DNA from: Candidatus Fervidifonticultor sextus
Lineage (GTDB): Bacteria > Sysuimicrobiota > Sysuimicrobiia > Sysuimicrobiales > Humicultoraceae
Direction of reading: 5' to 3'
NCBI GenBank assembly: GCA_031459875.1
Contig: JAVKHQ010000028.1
Span: forward strand, 1 to 33,856
Length of the DNA stretch: 33,856 nucleotides
Position numbers and translations under genes: made by a program. The notes below the pieces were generated by a model that saw nothing but the letters and a program-made list of their open reading frames with translations, was not told the DNA's origin and did no database searches. Shown here one piece after another: positions 16,520-24,547 of this stretch (within the stretch, counting starts at the first letter, position 1; the number at the start of each line of letters is the position of its first letter).

Positions 16520-18133
16520 TCATGGCGGCGCGGCCAGCGGCACGAGGACGAGTTGGAGCGGCGCGTCGACGCGGCCGTCCCAACGCAAGGCGAGTGCCGG
16601 ATCACGCCACCAGCCCACGAGCCAGGCCGGAGTTGCCCTGAGTATAGCATCGGCGGCCAGACGCGAGAATGCCCAGACCAGCAACGCGTGGTGGACCTGG
16701 GTGCGGCTCAGGCGATCGTGCGGTTGCCACTTCTGCTCGTCCAGCGCGAGCCGCGCCGTCCCGACGATGGGCGGGACGGCCTGGACCCGACCCGCCGCAT
16801 AGACCCATGGCTGCTCCAGCGGCCTCCCGGAGCGGTTCGTCACGGTGACCGTGGCCCCCGCGTCCCCCGCCGCGTACGTCCCCGCAATCGCCGCCGGCAC
16901 CACAGCCGTCCCGAGGACCTGGATCCCGGCCCCCTGCCCCCTGACGATCGTCTCCGTGCCGTGGACTACCGTCACCGGCGCCGGCGGCAGCGGGCGGAGG
17001 AGCAGCGCCTCGGGCGCGGTGATCTCGAAGGCACCGTCAGGGGCGGCCGACGTGCGGGCCAGCACGGTCAGCAGGCCCGAACCGGTCGGCGGCATCACCT
17101 CCACCACGGTGGAAGCCACCAGCCCGGACGCCTCACGCCGCACGAATGCCGCGAGGCGCCACGCGCCTGCCGTCGCCAGCGCCACGACGAGCGCCGCCGT
17201 CAGCGCGCCGGCGGCGCTTACCGACGAAAGCCCCGCGTTGAGGCGGGGGACCGCCACGATGTAGAGGGCGACCAACGCGCCGACGAGCAGGTAGGTGCGC
17301 AGCGGCAGGAGGGGGCCGCCGGGCAGGGTGGCCTCGAGGCCTGGCGCCAGGGGCGCGGGCTTCGGCGCCAGGGCCTGGCGCCAGGCCTGCCGCGTCCGCG
17401 GATCCGCACGGCTGCCGGGCGAGGCCGCATCGGCAGCCCACACGATGACGCGGCCGCGACCTCCCTGGCCCGGACGCCGGAACGGCTCGAGCGTGGGGCC
17501 GGCGAGGAGCCGCGCATCATCGCCCTCCGGCATGGCCAACAGGCGGCCCCCGGCCCACACCCAGTTCCGGATCGCGGTGCGCTGGGCGTCGTCGAGACGT
17601 CGTTCGTCCAGCGTGCGGAGGACGAGCAGCCGCACGCCTTCATACGCGAGCCACACCGGCGGCAGGAGTTCGGCAGTGCCGTAGACGACCTCAAGCCGGT
17701 CAGCGGCATCGATGGCCTCCTCAACGCCCACCGGCTCGCGAGAGAGGATCAGGACGAGTTCGTCCACCGGCCGGAGGCGCGGGAGGACCACAGACGCCCT
17801 CCGGCCGCCCCCGTCGACCAGATGCACCACGCCGGGGGCGCGGGCGTCGAAGAAGATGGCCGGGACGAAGGTCCGCACCCGGGCACCTGCGGCGGCCCGG
17901 ACCGGCGCCCCGAAGCGCACGACCGGCTGGCCGATCGGCGCCGCCGCCTCAATGATCAGCGTGCCGTCGACCTCGGTGGGGGCCGCCACGTCGATCCAGA
18001 CCGGCGTCCACGCGCCGAGTCGCACGCGCCCGGAGAACCCGATCCCGACGACCTCGAGGACCGATCCGGAGGCCGCCTCAGGCGCAAGTGAGGCCGCCGC
18101 CGGGGACGAGGCGACGCCGGCTGCGGCGGCCAC
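16520..18133 (-). CDS. Exported/membrane protein of unknown function with GATase-like segment; start uncertain
   Basis: GRVRLGAWTPVWIDV, LPPVWLAYEGVRLLVL...QRTAIRNWVWAGGRLL, central TM pair; end given at the first in-frame GTG after the fmdB-like stop. Confidence 0.7.
   Translation of the reverse strand: MAAAAGVASSPAAASLAPEAASGSVLEVVGIGFSGRVRLGAWTPVWIDVAAPTEVDGTLIIEAAAPIGQPVVRFGAPVRAAAGARVRTFVPAIFFDARAPGVVHLVDGGGRRASVVLPRLRPVDELVLILSREPVGVEEAIDAADRLEVVYGTAELLPPVWLAYEGVRLLVLRTLDERRLDDAQRTAIRNWVWAGGRLLAMPEGDDARLLAGPTLEPFRRPGQGGRGRVIVWAADAASPGSRADPRTRQAWRQALAPKPAPLAPGLEATLPGGPLLPLRTYLLVGALVALYIVAVPRLNAGLSSVSAAGALTAALVVALATAGAWRLAAFVRREASGLVASTVVEVMPPTGSGLLTVLARTSAAPDGAFEITAPEALLLRPLPPAPVTVVHGTETIVRGQGAGIQVLGTAVVPAAIAGTYAAGDAGATVTVTNRSGRPLEQPWVYAAGRVQAVPPIVGTARLALDEQKWQPHDRLSRTQVHHALLVWAFSRLAADAILRATPAWLVGWWRDPALALRWDGRVDAPLQLVLVPLAAPP
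16641..16669 (-). promoter_or_regulatory. Possible internal sigma70 promoter for the permease-moxR block
   Basis: TTCTCG-17 nt-TATACT with the same extended -10 (TGCTATACT) seen at 2..10 and 31519..31527. Confidence 0.3.
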
Positions 18134-18171
18134 GACCAGGACCGCAAGGCAGGCCTGCCGGAGGAAAACGC

Positions 18172-18447
18172 CTAGGACGTCTTGGTGCCGGCAGACGATG
18201 CGACCGGCGCGGGCGCCTCGGATCCGGACGGCTGCCGGCCGGTCGGCGGTTGCTCGCCGTTGGGAGACGCGGCCTTGCGGTAGTCTGTGATGTGGAACCC
18301 GCTGCCCTTGAAAATCAGACCGACGGACGCATAGACCTTCCGGGACGGGCTGCCGCACACCGGGCAGGCCGGCGCGGGCTCGCCCACAGACTGATACTGC
18401 TCGAAGGTATGCCGACACTCCGCGCAGCGGTATTCGTAGACAGGCAT
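18172..18447 (-). CDS. FmdB-family zinc-ribbon protein
   Basis: MPVYEYRCAEC...CPVC...IFKGSGFHITDY; GGAGG RBS. Confidence 0.9.
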   Translation of the reverse strand: MPVYEYRCAECRHTFEQYQSVGEPAPACPVCGSPSRKVYASVGLIFKGSGFHITDYRKAASPNGEQPPTGRQPSGSEAPAPVASSAGTKTS

Positions 18448-18482
18448 CCCCGATCCTCCGACCCGCAAGAAAATCGCTTATT

Positions 18483-18512
18483 ATTATCGCGACGACGCTC
18501 CCGCCCTGTCAA
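18483..18512 (-). promoter_or_regulatory. Sigma70 promoter for the fmdB-like/MoxR cluster
   Basis: TTGACA-18 nt-GATAAT in an AT-rich patch about 35 nt upstream of the ATG. Confidence 0.65.
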
Positions 18513-18735
18513 TTCCCCGCATTGCCATTGCCTCAACGCATACTCGACCTGTCGGCCGACGCCCTTACTACCGCCGGTCCGGGAGGCGGGGAGAGCCATC
18601 CCGACGCTCGCAGGGGCGCAAGTCGTCGCGGAGTCGTGCTGCCGAGGTGACGGTGGCTGCGGTCTTTACCTCCGGCCGTCATCCGTCAACCAACGGGAGA
18701 TGCCTTACTTCCGGCCCGCGTCGGCATATCCTCAA

Positions 18736-18888
18736 TCATTGGGACAAACTTGAGGTCACCAGCGTACAGTTCCCGATCTGGGCGAAGTGCACCGGGGTCT
18801 CGCGCTGGTTTTCGAAGACGGTCCAGAGGAAGTAGGAGCGGAAGGAGCCGTCCCGAAAGTGGCGGAACAGGTGGTGCTCCGTCGCGTC
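18736..18888 (-). pseudogene. Start-less coding-like fragment of unidentified origin
   Basis: Reads DATEHHLFRHFRDGSFRSYFLWTVFENQRETPVHFAQIGN..., with 38 of the first 40 codons ending in G/C; no start codon. Confidence 0.35.
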
Positions 18889-19175
18889 CTACAGGCGGGA
18901 CCGCATCGCGAGGTGCACGGCTTCGTCAGCGAGGGCCAGGGCCTGCTTGGCGTCGGCCTCGCTGAAGGGCTCCCATGGCGTCTTCCAGGCGGCCTCGTCT
19001 CCGTAATCGCTCTGCGCGTGGACGTCCGGGCCGAGAAGCCGTGCACATCCCGTGATCCGCTCGACCCGCGCCAGGGTCTCTGTCGGAAACCGACCCTCCT
19101 CCGGGCCTCGTTCAAAAAACCTTCGGCGAGGTTCAGCCGGTACTCGCTCTCGCTGCCTGGCGAACTCCGCCTCAT
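18889..19175 (-). pseudogene. HEPN-domain gene disrupted by frameshift and probable internal deletion
   Basis: ATGA-coupled to the MNT gene; frame 1 reads ...EYRLNLAEGFLNEA, then at ~19103 a second frame reads EEGRFP...LLGPDVHAQSDYGDE...FSEADAKQALALADEAV...stop. Confidence 0.7.
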
Positions 19176-19639
19176 GCCTTCAGCCTCGGTGCCCAAGGCC
19201 CGGCTGGCTGTTTCCTCCAACGCCACTCGTAGCCTTCCTCCGTTGACTCCCGGTAGAGGCCCAGGTCCTCGATGAGCCGCCGCAGGCGCGAGAGCCGCTC
19301 CGCCAGGTACCCCCGCGGGTCGTAGAGGATCTTCCCGTCCAGGGCAATGTCCAGGTAGAGAGAGGGCACGTGGTCCTCGAACTCCTCCGGCGTTCTTGCG
19401 AGGAATGAGACGGCCTCACACCCCGGAGGCAGGAGCTGCTTCAAGGAGATGAGGCGTTCGAGGGGACTTTCCGGCAGGCCCCGAACCACGACCAGGAGGT
19501 CCCAGTCGCTCTGTGTCCTGGCCTCGTCGCGGGCCCGGGAGCCGAAGAGCGCCACGGCCACAAGACGATCACCCAGCGCTGTGCACAGGGCCTGTACAGC
19601 TAGGGCAGCGACGTTCTGCTCAGGGGCTTGCGACTCCAT
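19172..19639 (-). CDS. Minimal nucleotidyltransferase (MNT), putative antitoxin
   Basis: VALFGSRARDEARTQSDWDLLVV (GS-x10-DxD), LDIALDGKILYD; GAGGAGG RBS before ATG 19639. Confidence 0.88.
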   Translation of the reverse strand: MESQAPEQNVAALAVQALCTALGDRLVAVALFGSRARDEARTQSDWDLLVVVRGLPESPLERLISLKQLLPPGCEAVSFLARTPEEFEDHVPSLYLDIALDGKILYDPRGYLAERLSRLRRLIEDLGLYRESTEEGYEWRWRKQPAGPWAPRLKA

Positions 19640-19733
19640 CGGGGACTTCCTCCTCAGCGGGGGATTCCGCGGCAAAAAGCTCCTTACCCGACGCTCACAC
19701 GACCAGTCAGGTGGGCCTCGCGCCGCCGGCCGT

Positions 19734-20789
19734 TCACCGCTCCCGAAAACTGGCCAGCCAGACCGGCCCGGCCATCGCGCCCGTGTTCGTCCCGTACGCC
19801 AGGCGACGCCCGTCGGGCGACCAGGCCAGCGAGAGGCCGGCGGCGGGATCAGGGAATTCCAGCCGGTAGGTGGTGACGTGGAGCCGCGCGGCGCCCGTGG
19901 TGGCCGCCACGTAGATCTCGGCGACCCCGTCTGAGCGCAGCACCGCATAGGCGACCTTGTCCCCGTGCGGAGCCCACGAGGCGCCGGCGATCCGGCGGGC
20001 GGCTCCAGAGACCGCGTGCAGCCCGCTGCCGTCGGCGCGCACCACGTAGGCGCGCTCCTGGTCCTCCTCCTCGGCGACGAACGCCACCCACGCGCCGTCG
20101 GGGGACAGCGCCGACTCCAGCGCAGGTCGGGGTGGACCCTCCAGCCGCCGGACATCAGGGTAGGCGATCCGCACCCGCCACCACTCGGTGGTGGTCTGGG
20201 TGGCGTGGGCGGCCAGGCCCACGAAGAGATGGAGGGCATCGGGAAACCAGCCCAGCGCGGAGACCGTCCGATCGCGCGGATCCCACCCGATCATCCGGAG
20301 CAGGGCACCGTCCGGGCTGGTGATCCACAGGCGCGCGGGCCCGCCCGGCGGCCGTACGACAAAGGCCAACCGGTCGCCGCCCGGGGCCCACAGGGGGAGG
20401 GTGACCAGACCCGCGACCGGCACGCGGCGGGACGACCGGCCGTCAGGGTGCACGATCCACAGGATGCCGCGATCCACGAACGCCAGGGCGTTGGCGGCGC
20501 GCGACCAGGCCACCGCCGTGACCGCAGCGCCCTCCGCGATTTTCCTGCCGGCGGGGTCGCCGAGGTGATGGACCCAGACGCCGTCGCGGCCTCCGTAGGC
20601 GAACCGGCTCCCGTCCGGGGACCAGGCGACGGGGCTCAGCGCCGCGCGATCGGTGGCCCGCTCCACCTCCCCCACCTGCAGGAACCGCACGCCCACCGGC
20701 GCCGGCTGGCGCCCCACCTGGCAGGCGGACCCCGCGACCGCCGCAGCCACCAGCACCGCGGTGCAGATCAGGCGCCCTCGCATGCGCAT
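19734..20789 (-). CDS. TolB-like beta-propeller lipoprotein
   Basis: Signal peptide ending GSAC (lipobox-like); repeated WSPDG/WAPGG/WFPD/LSPDG/WAPHG PD40-type blades. Confidence 0.8.
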   Translation of the reverse strand: MRMRGRLICTAVLVAAAVAGSACQVGRQPAPVGVRFLQVGEVERATDRAALSPVAWSPDGSRFAYGGRDGVWVHHLGDPAGRKIAEGAAVTAVAWSRAANALAFVDRGILWIVHPDGRSSRRVPVAGLVTLPLWAPGGDRLAFVVRPPGGPARLWITSPDGALLRMIGWDPRDRTVSALGWFPDALHLFVGLAAHATQTTTEWWRVRIAYPDVRRLEGPPRPALESALSPDGAWVAFVAEEEDQERAYVVRADGSGLHAVSGAARRIAGASWAPHGDKVAYAVLRSDGVAEIYVAATTGAARLHVTTYRLEFPDPAAGLSLAWSPDGRRLAYGTNTGAMAGPVWLASFRER

Positions 20790-20810
20790 GGAGCGGACGG
20801 TGGCGCAGGC

Positions 20811-22013
20811 CTACACGACCGGATAGCGGCCTTCGGCGAGGTCCTGCATGAGCTGGGCAATCTCTCCCAGTTCCTGGTCGAGGATCTCGCGCGCCCGGCG
20901 CTCGACGGTCTTGCGGCGGGCGTGCTGCTCCAGCACGACCTGGGCGGCCGCCACTTTGGGCTGGTCAATGGGCGCGCCGATCTGGCTGAGGAGCCAGACG
21001 TAGATTTCCTGGATGCCGGGCACCTCATGGTAGATCTTGTTGGCCACCTGGTGGGTCATGATCGTGTAGATCTTGCCCACGTGGGAGACGGGGTTCTTGC
21101 CGGCGGCGGCCTCGGTTCCCATGGGCCGGTTCAGCGCGATCACGCCGTTGACCTTGTTGCCGCGGCCCACCTGGCCCGAGTCGCCGCTTTCCGCGGAGGT
21201 GCCGGTGACCGTGAGGTACATGCCTCCTAGGCCGCGGCCGGGTGCGTCCAGGGTGTTGAGGTACAGGTGGATCTGGCTGAACTGAGGCTTCCCGCGGATC
21301 CGGTCCATGACCGCGTCGTGGAGGTCCTGCTTGCGCCGGAAGTACGTCGCCTCGCTGTCGATGAAGCGGTCAACCATGGCCACCGCCGCGGTCAGGTGGA
21401 GTTCGTCGCCCCGGCGGAACCCCATCACCTTGATGTCCTCGCCGACCTCCGGGAAGCGCTCCTTGAAGGTGCGCGAGTTCATCAGCCGCTCCACCTCCAG
21501 CACCGCCTCCTCGGTGGGGGAGAGGGGCGCGTAGCCGACCGCGGCGGATGTGTCGTTGGCCACCGGCGCCTCGCGTGAGAAGATGTCCACCAGCTCGGGC
21601 GACCCCGGCTTGATCTGCACGTCGTAGGTCACGTGGCGCTCGGGGTCGACGAAGCGCAGGTGGTCCCGGATCCACGCCTTGGCCGTGCCGATGGCGATGT
21701 CGGCCACCGGGATGTGCTCGCTGTTCCACCGGTCGACGGCGCGGTCCCCGAAGATCAGCCGCATGGGCTCGGTGACGGTGCCGCCGCCCAGGCGGATCTC
21801 GGCGCTGCCCGCCACCAGGAAGGCCTTGTCGATGTTGTGATGGAGGATCTTGCCGAACCGGTCCTTGTACTCCTTGCTGAGCGCGATCGAGACGCGCTCC
21901 ATGATGGCGTCGCAGATCGAGTCCGGATGCCCGACGCCCTTGCGTTCCACGATCTCGACCTGGTGCCGGGCAACCGGCGTGCGGGCCAGGATTTCGACGG
22001 TGATATTGCGCAT
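20811..22013 (-). CDS. mat: Archaeal-type methionine adenosyltransferase (SAM synthetase)
   Basis: [71 protein letters not shown]. Confidence 0.92.
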   Translation of the reverse strand: MRNITVEILARTPVARHQVEIVERKGVGHPDSICDAIMERVSIALSKEYKDRFGKILHHNIDKAFLVAGSAEIRLGGGTVTEPMRLIFGDRAVDRWNSEHIPVADIAIGTAKAWIRDHLRFVDPERHVTYDVQIKPGSPELVDIFSREAPVANDTSAAVGYAPLSPTEEAVLEVERLMNSRTFKERFPEVGEDIKVMGFRRGDELHLTAAVAMVDRFIDSEATYFRRKQDLHDAVMDRIRGKPQFSQIHLYLNTLDAPGRGLGGMYLTVTGTSAESGDSGQVGRGNKVNGVIALNRPMGTEAAAGKNPVSHVGKIYTIMTHQVANKIYHEVPGIQEIYVWLLSQIGAPIDQPKVAAAQVVLEQHARRKTVERRAREILDQELGEIAQLMQDLAEGRYPVV

Positions 22014-22054
22014 GCTTGTCCTCCTTGGATCAACCGCGCGGAAGCCACCCGCCC

Positions 22055-22063
22055 ACTATAGCA
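22055..22063 (-). promoter_or_regulatory. Extended -10 promoter for mat
   Basis: TGCTATAGT about 40 nt upstream of the ATG in the short intergenic gap. Confidence 0.55.
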
Positions 22064-22089
22064 AACCGCCCGCCATGCGGCCAGCGCCG

Positions 22090-22743
22090 CTACCGGCGCC
22101 GCACGAAGATGGGGACGAGCACCGCGCCGGCGATGAACCCGCCCACGTGGGCCCACCACGCCACCATGGTGACCGCGGGTGCGCCCAGGGCCCACAGGCC
22201 CTCGGCCAACTGGAGGAGGAACCACAGTCCCAGCACCAGCGCCGCCGGCAGCTCCACGAACCGGATGAAGATGCCAAAGAACACCAGCGAGAGGATCCGC
22301 GCCCGCGGGTAGAGGACCAGATAGGCCCCAAGTACGCCGGCGATGGCGCCGCTGGCGCCGATGAGCGGCACCGTGGAGGTCGGCTGGGTCGCCACATGGG
22401 CCAGGGCGGCCAGCACGCCGGCCGCCAGGTAGAACACCAGGAAGGAGCCGTGCCCCATGGCGTCCTCGACGTTGTCTCCGAAGACCCAGAGGTAGAGCAT
22501 GTTGCCGCCCAGGTGGACCCAGTTCCCGTGGAGGAACATCGACGTGATCAGGCCGAGCCCCGCGTCCGGATACGGCCCGGCGACCACGGCGGACGGCACC
22601 GCGCCGTACGTGGTGTAGACGGCTGCGGCCTGATCCGGGCGCAGTCCCTGCGTGTAGAGGAAGGCGCCGACGCAGGCGGCGATGACGGCGTAGACGACGA
22701 CGGGCCTGGAATAGGATCGGGTGCTGTCGCGGAGCGGGATCAT
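22090..22743 (-). CDS. Rhomboid-family intramembrane serine protease
   Basis: MIPLRD start, SMFLHG-x-x-x-HL-x-GNM, catalytic GASG, WWAHVGGF. Confidence 0.92.
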   Translation of the reverse strand: MIPLRDSTRSYSRPVVVYAVIAACVGAFLYTQGLRPDQAAAVYTTYGAVPSAVVAGPYPDAGLGLITSMFLHGNWVHLGGNMLYLWVFGDNVEDAMGHGSFLVFYLAAGVLAALAHVATQPTSTVPLIGASGAIAGVLGAYLVLYPRARILSLVFFGIFIRFVELPAALVLGLWFLLQLAEGLWALGAPAVTMVAWWAHVGGFIAGAVLVPIFVRRR

Positions 22744-22767
22744 GCGGCGACAAGGGGGCGAGGCGGA

Positions 22768-23418
22768 TCAGGACTCCCAATGGCACTCATCGACGCCCTC
22801 GATCTCGCCCAGGGCCACCAGCACGTCGTCGCGGGTGACGCGCAGCGGCAGGCGCAGGGTGAGGTCCATCAGGACCTTCTGGTCGATCTTCTGGGTGAAC
22901 TCGACGCGGTCGATGTTCACGCCCAGGGCCCCCAGCGCGGTCCCGATCTTGCCCAGCTGGCCGGGCACGTCGGCCATGAGCACGATGCAGTGACCCGTAG
23001 CCCGGCGCGGCAGCCGGCGCTCCAGCCCCTTCATCAGGGCGAGGACCCCGATGACGATGGCCGTGGCCCCCAGCGCCGCGGCGTAGAACCCGATGCCGAC
23101 CGCCGTGCCGACCGCGGCCACCGTCCACAGACTGGCGGCGGTGGTCAGCCCCTGGACGCCACCCCCGGTCCGCCAGATCGTCCCGGCCCCCAGGAAGCCG
23201 ATGCCGACGACGATGTTGCTCGCCACCCGCGCCGGGTCGGCTCCGGAGCCGAAGAACCCCTCGCGCGACACCAAGGCAAACAGCGCCGCGCCCACGCAGA
23301 CCAGGATGTGGGTGCGGAACCCGGCTGGCTTCTCGACGCTCTCCCGCTCCCACCCCACCAGGCCGCCCAGCAGCAGGGCGAGCGCCAGGCGCAGCAGGAT
23401 CTCCCACCAGGGGATCAT
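22768..23418 (-). CDS. MgtC/SapB-family membrane protein with C-terminal ACT-like domain
   Basis: GWERE...PAGFRTH, DPARVASNIVVGIGFLGAG, GLTTAASLW; DVPGQLGKI...GVNI ACT motif. Confidence 0.9.
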   Translation of the reverse strand: MIPWWEILLRLALALLLGGLVGWERESVEKPAGFRTHILVCVGAALFALVSREGFFGSGADPARVASNIVVGIGFLGAGTIWRTGGGVQGLTTAASLWTVAAVGTAVGIGFYAAALGATAIVIGVLALMKGLERRLPRRATGHCIVLMADVPGQLGKIGTALGALGVNIDRVEFTQKIDQKVLMDLTLRLPLRVTRDDVLVALGEIEGVDECHWES

Positions 23419-24542
23419 GGCATCCGGCCGGGCGCCGCGACGTCTGCGGCCTGAGGCTCGGCCGCGCCGTATCGCTCGCGGGCCACCCGCCAGACGTGTT
23501 CCATCAGGCCGTCGATCAGGCGGTCCTCGGGCAGCGAGGCGACGATCCGTCCGTCCTGGAAGATCAGACCCATCCCGCGGCCGCAGGCGATACCCAGGTC
23601 GGCCATGCGCGCCTCGCCGGGACCGTTCACGGCACAGCCCATGACCGCCACCTTGACCGGCGCCGGGATGCCGCGCAGCCGCCGCTCCACCTCCTGGGCG
23701 ATCTGGATGATGTCCACCTCGGCCCGGCCGCAGGACGGGCAGGCCACGAACTGCACCCCCCGCGTGCGCAGGTGCAGGCTCTTGAGGATCTCGTAGGCGG
23801 CGCGCACCTCCTCTGCGGGATCCGCAGCCAGGGAGACGCGAATGGTGTCGCCGATGCCGCGGGCCAGCACGGCCCCGATCCCCACCGCCGACTTCAGTCC
23901 CCCCGCCCAGGCCGTGCCCGCCTCGGTGACCCCCACGTGGAGCGGATAGGCGACGCAGTCGGCGATGCTCTCGTAGGCCTCGATCATCATGGGAACCTCC
24001 GAGGCCTTCACCGAGATGACGATGTCGTGGAAGTCCAGGTCCTCCAGCACCCGGACGTCCTCCAGGGCGCTGGCCACCAGCGCCTCGGCGCAGGGCCTGC
24101 CAAAGGCGCGCAGCGTCGCCTTAGACAGCGACCCGATGTTGGCGCCGATCCGGATCGGGACGCCCCGCGCGCGCGCCTCCCGCGCCACGATGCGGGTCCG
24201 CTCGCGGCTGCCGATGTTGCCCGGGTTGATGCGCAGCTTGTCCACCCCGGCTTCCAGCGCCCGCAGCGCCAGCCGGTAGTCGAAGTGGATATCGGCCACG
24301 ATCGGCAGCGGGCTCCTGGGCTTGATCTCGCCCAGCGCCGCGGCCGCCGCCTCGTCGGGGACGGCCAGCCGGACGATCTCGCAGCCCTCGGCCGCCAGCT
24401 GGTAGATCTGCGCCAGGGTGCCCTCGACGTCCCGGGTGTCGGTGATGGTCATGGACTGGACGGCGATCGGGGCCCCGCCGCCGATCTCGACCTTTCCGAC
24501 CCTCACCCTCCGGGTGCGCAGCCGGTGCGCGGTGGCGTCCAC
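23415..24542 (-). CDS. ispG: (E)-4-hydroxy-3-methylbut-2-enyl-diphosphate synthase
   Basis: VQSMT, VADIHFD, RINPGN, PLHVGVTEAG, GDTIRVSL, ACPSCGR, MGCAVNGPGE; start estimated at GTG 24542. Confidence 0.95.
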   Translation of the reverse strand: MDATAHRLRTRRVRVGKVEIGGGAPIAVQSMTITDTRDVEGTLAQIYQLAAEGCEIVRLAVPDEAAAAALGEIKPRSPLPIVADIHFDYRLALRALEAGVDKLRINPGNIGSRERTRIVAREARARGVPIRIGANIGSLSKATLRAFGRPCAEALVASALEDVRVLEDLDFHDIVISVKASEVPMMIEAYESIADCVAYPLHVGVTEAGTAWAGGLKSAVGIGAVLARGIGDTIRVSLAADPAEEVRAAYEILKSLHLRTRGVQFVACPSCGRAEVDIIQIAQEVERRLRGIPAPVKVAVMGCAVNGPGEARMADLGIACGRGMGLIFQDGRIVASLPEDRLIDGLMEHVWRVARERYGAAEPQAADVAAPGRMP

Positions 24543-24547
24543 CTGAC

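Noticed and set aside
16520..18891. Selenocysteine or pyrrolysine decoding at the in-frame TGA (16520) and TAG (18889)
   Set aside because: Neither stop sits in a catalytic-looking context, both upstream proteins look complete at the stop, and no sel or pyl genes are in the window.
18756..19226. Track ORF of 156 aa as an intact gene
   Set aside because: Only the part from ATG 19175 to ~19105 looks coding; the rest is out-of-frame run-on of the HEPN pseudogene.
19640..20239. N-terminal extension of the MNT ORF (355 aa in the track)
   Set aside because: Overlaps the lipoprotein gene; the real start is ATG 19639 with a GAGGAGG RBS. The same artefact affects the track starts of ispG, dxr, cdsA and the VWA gene.
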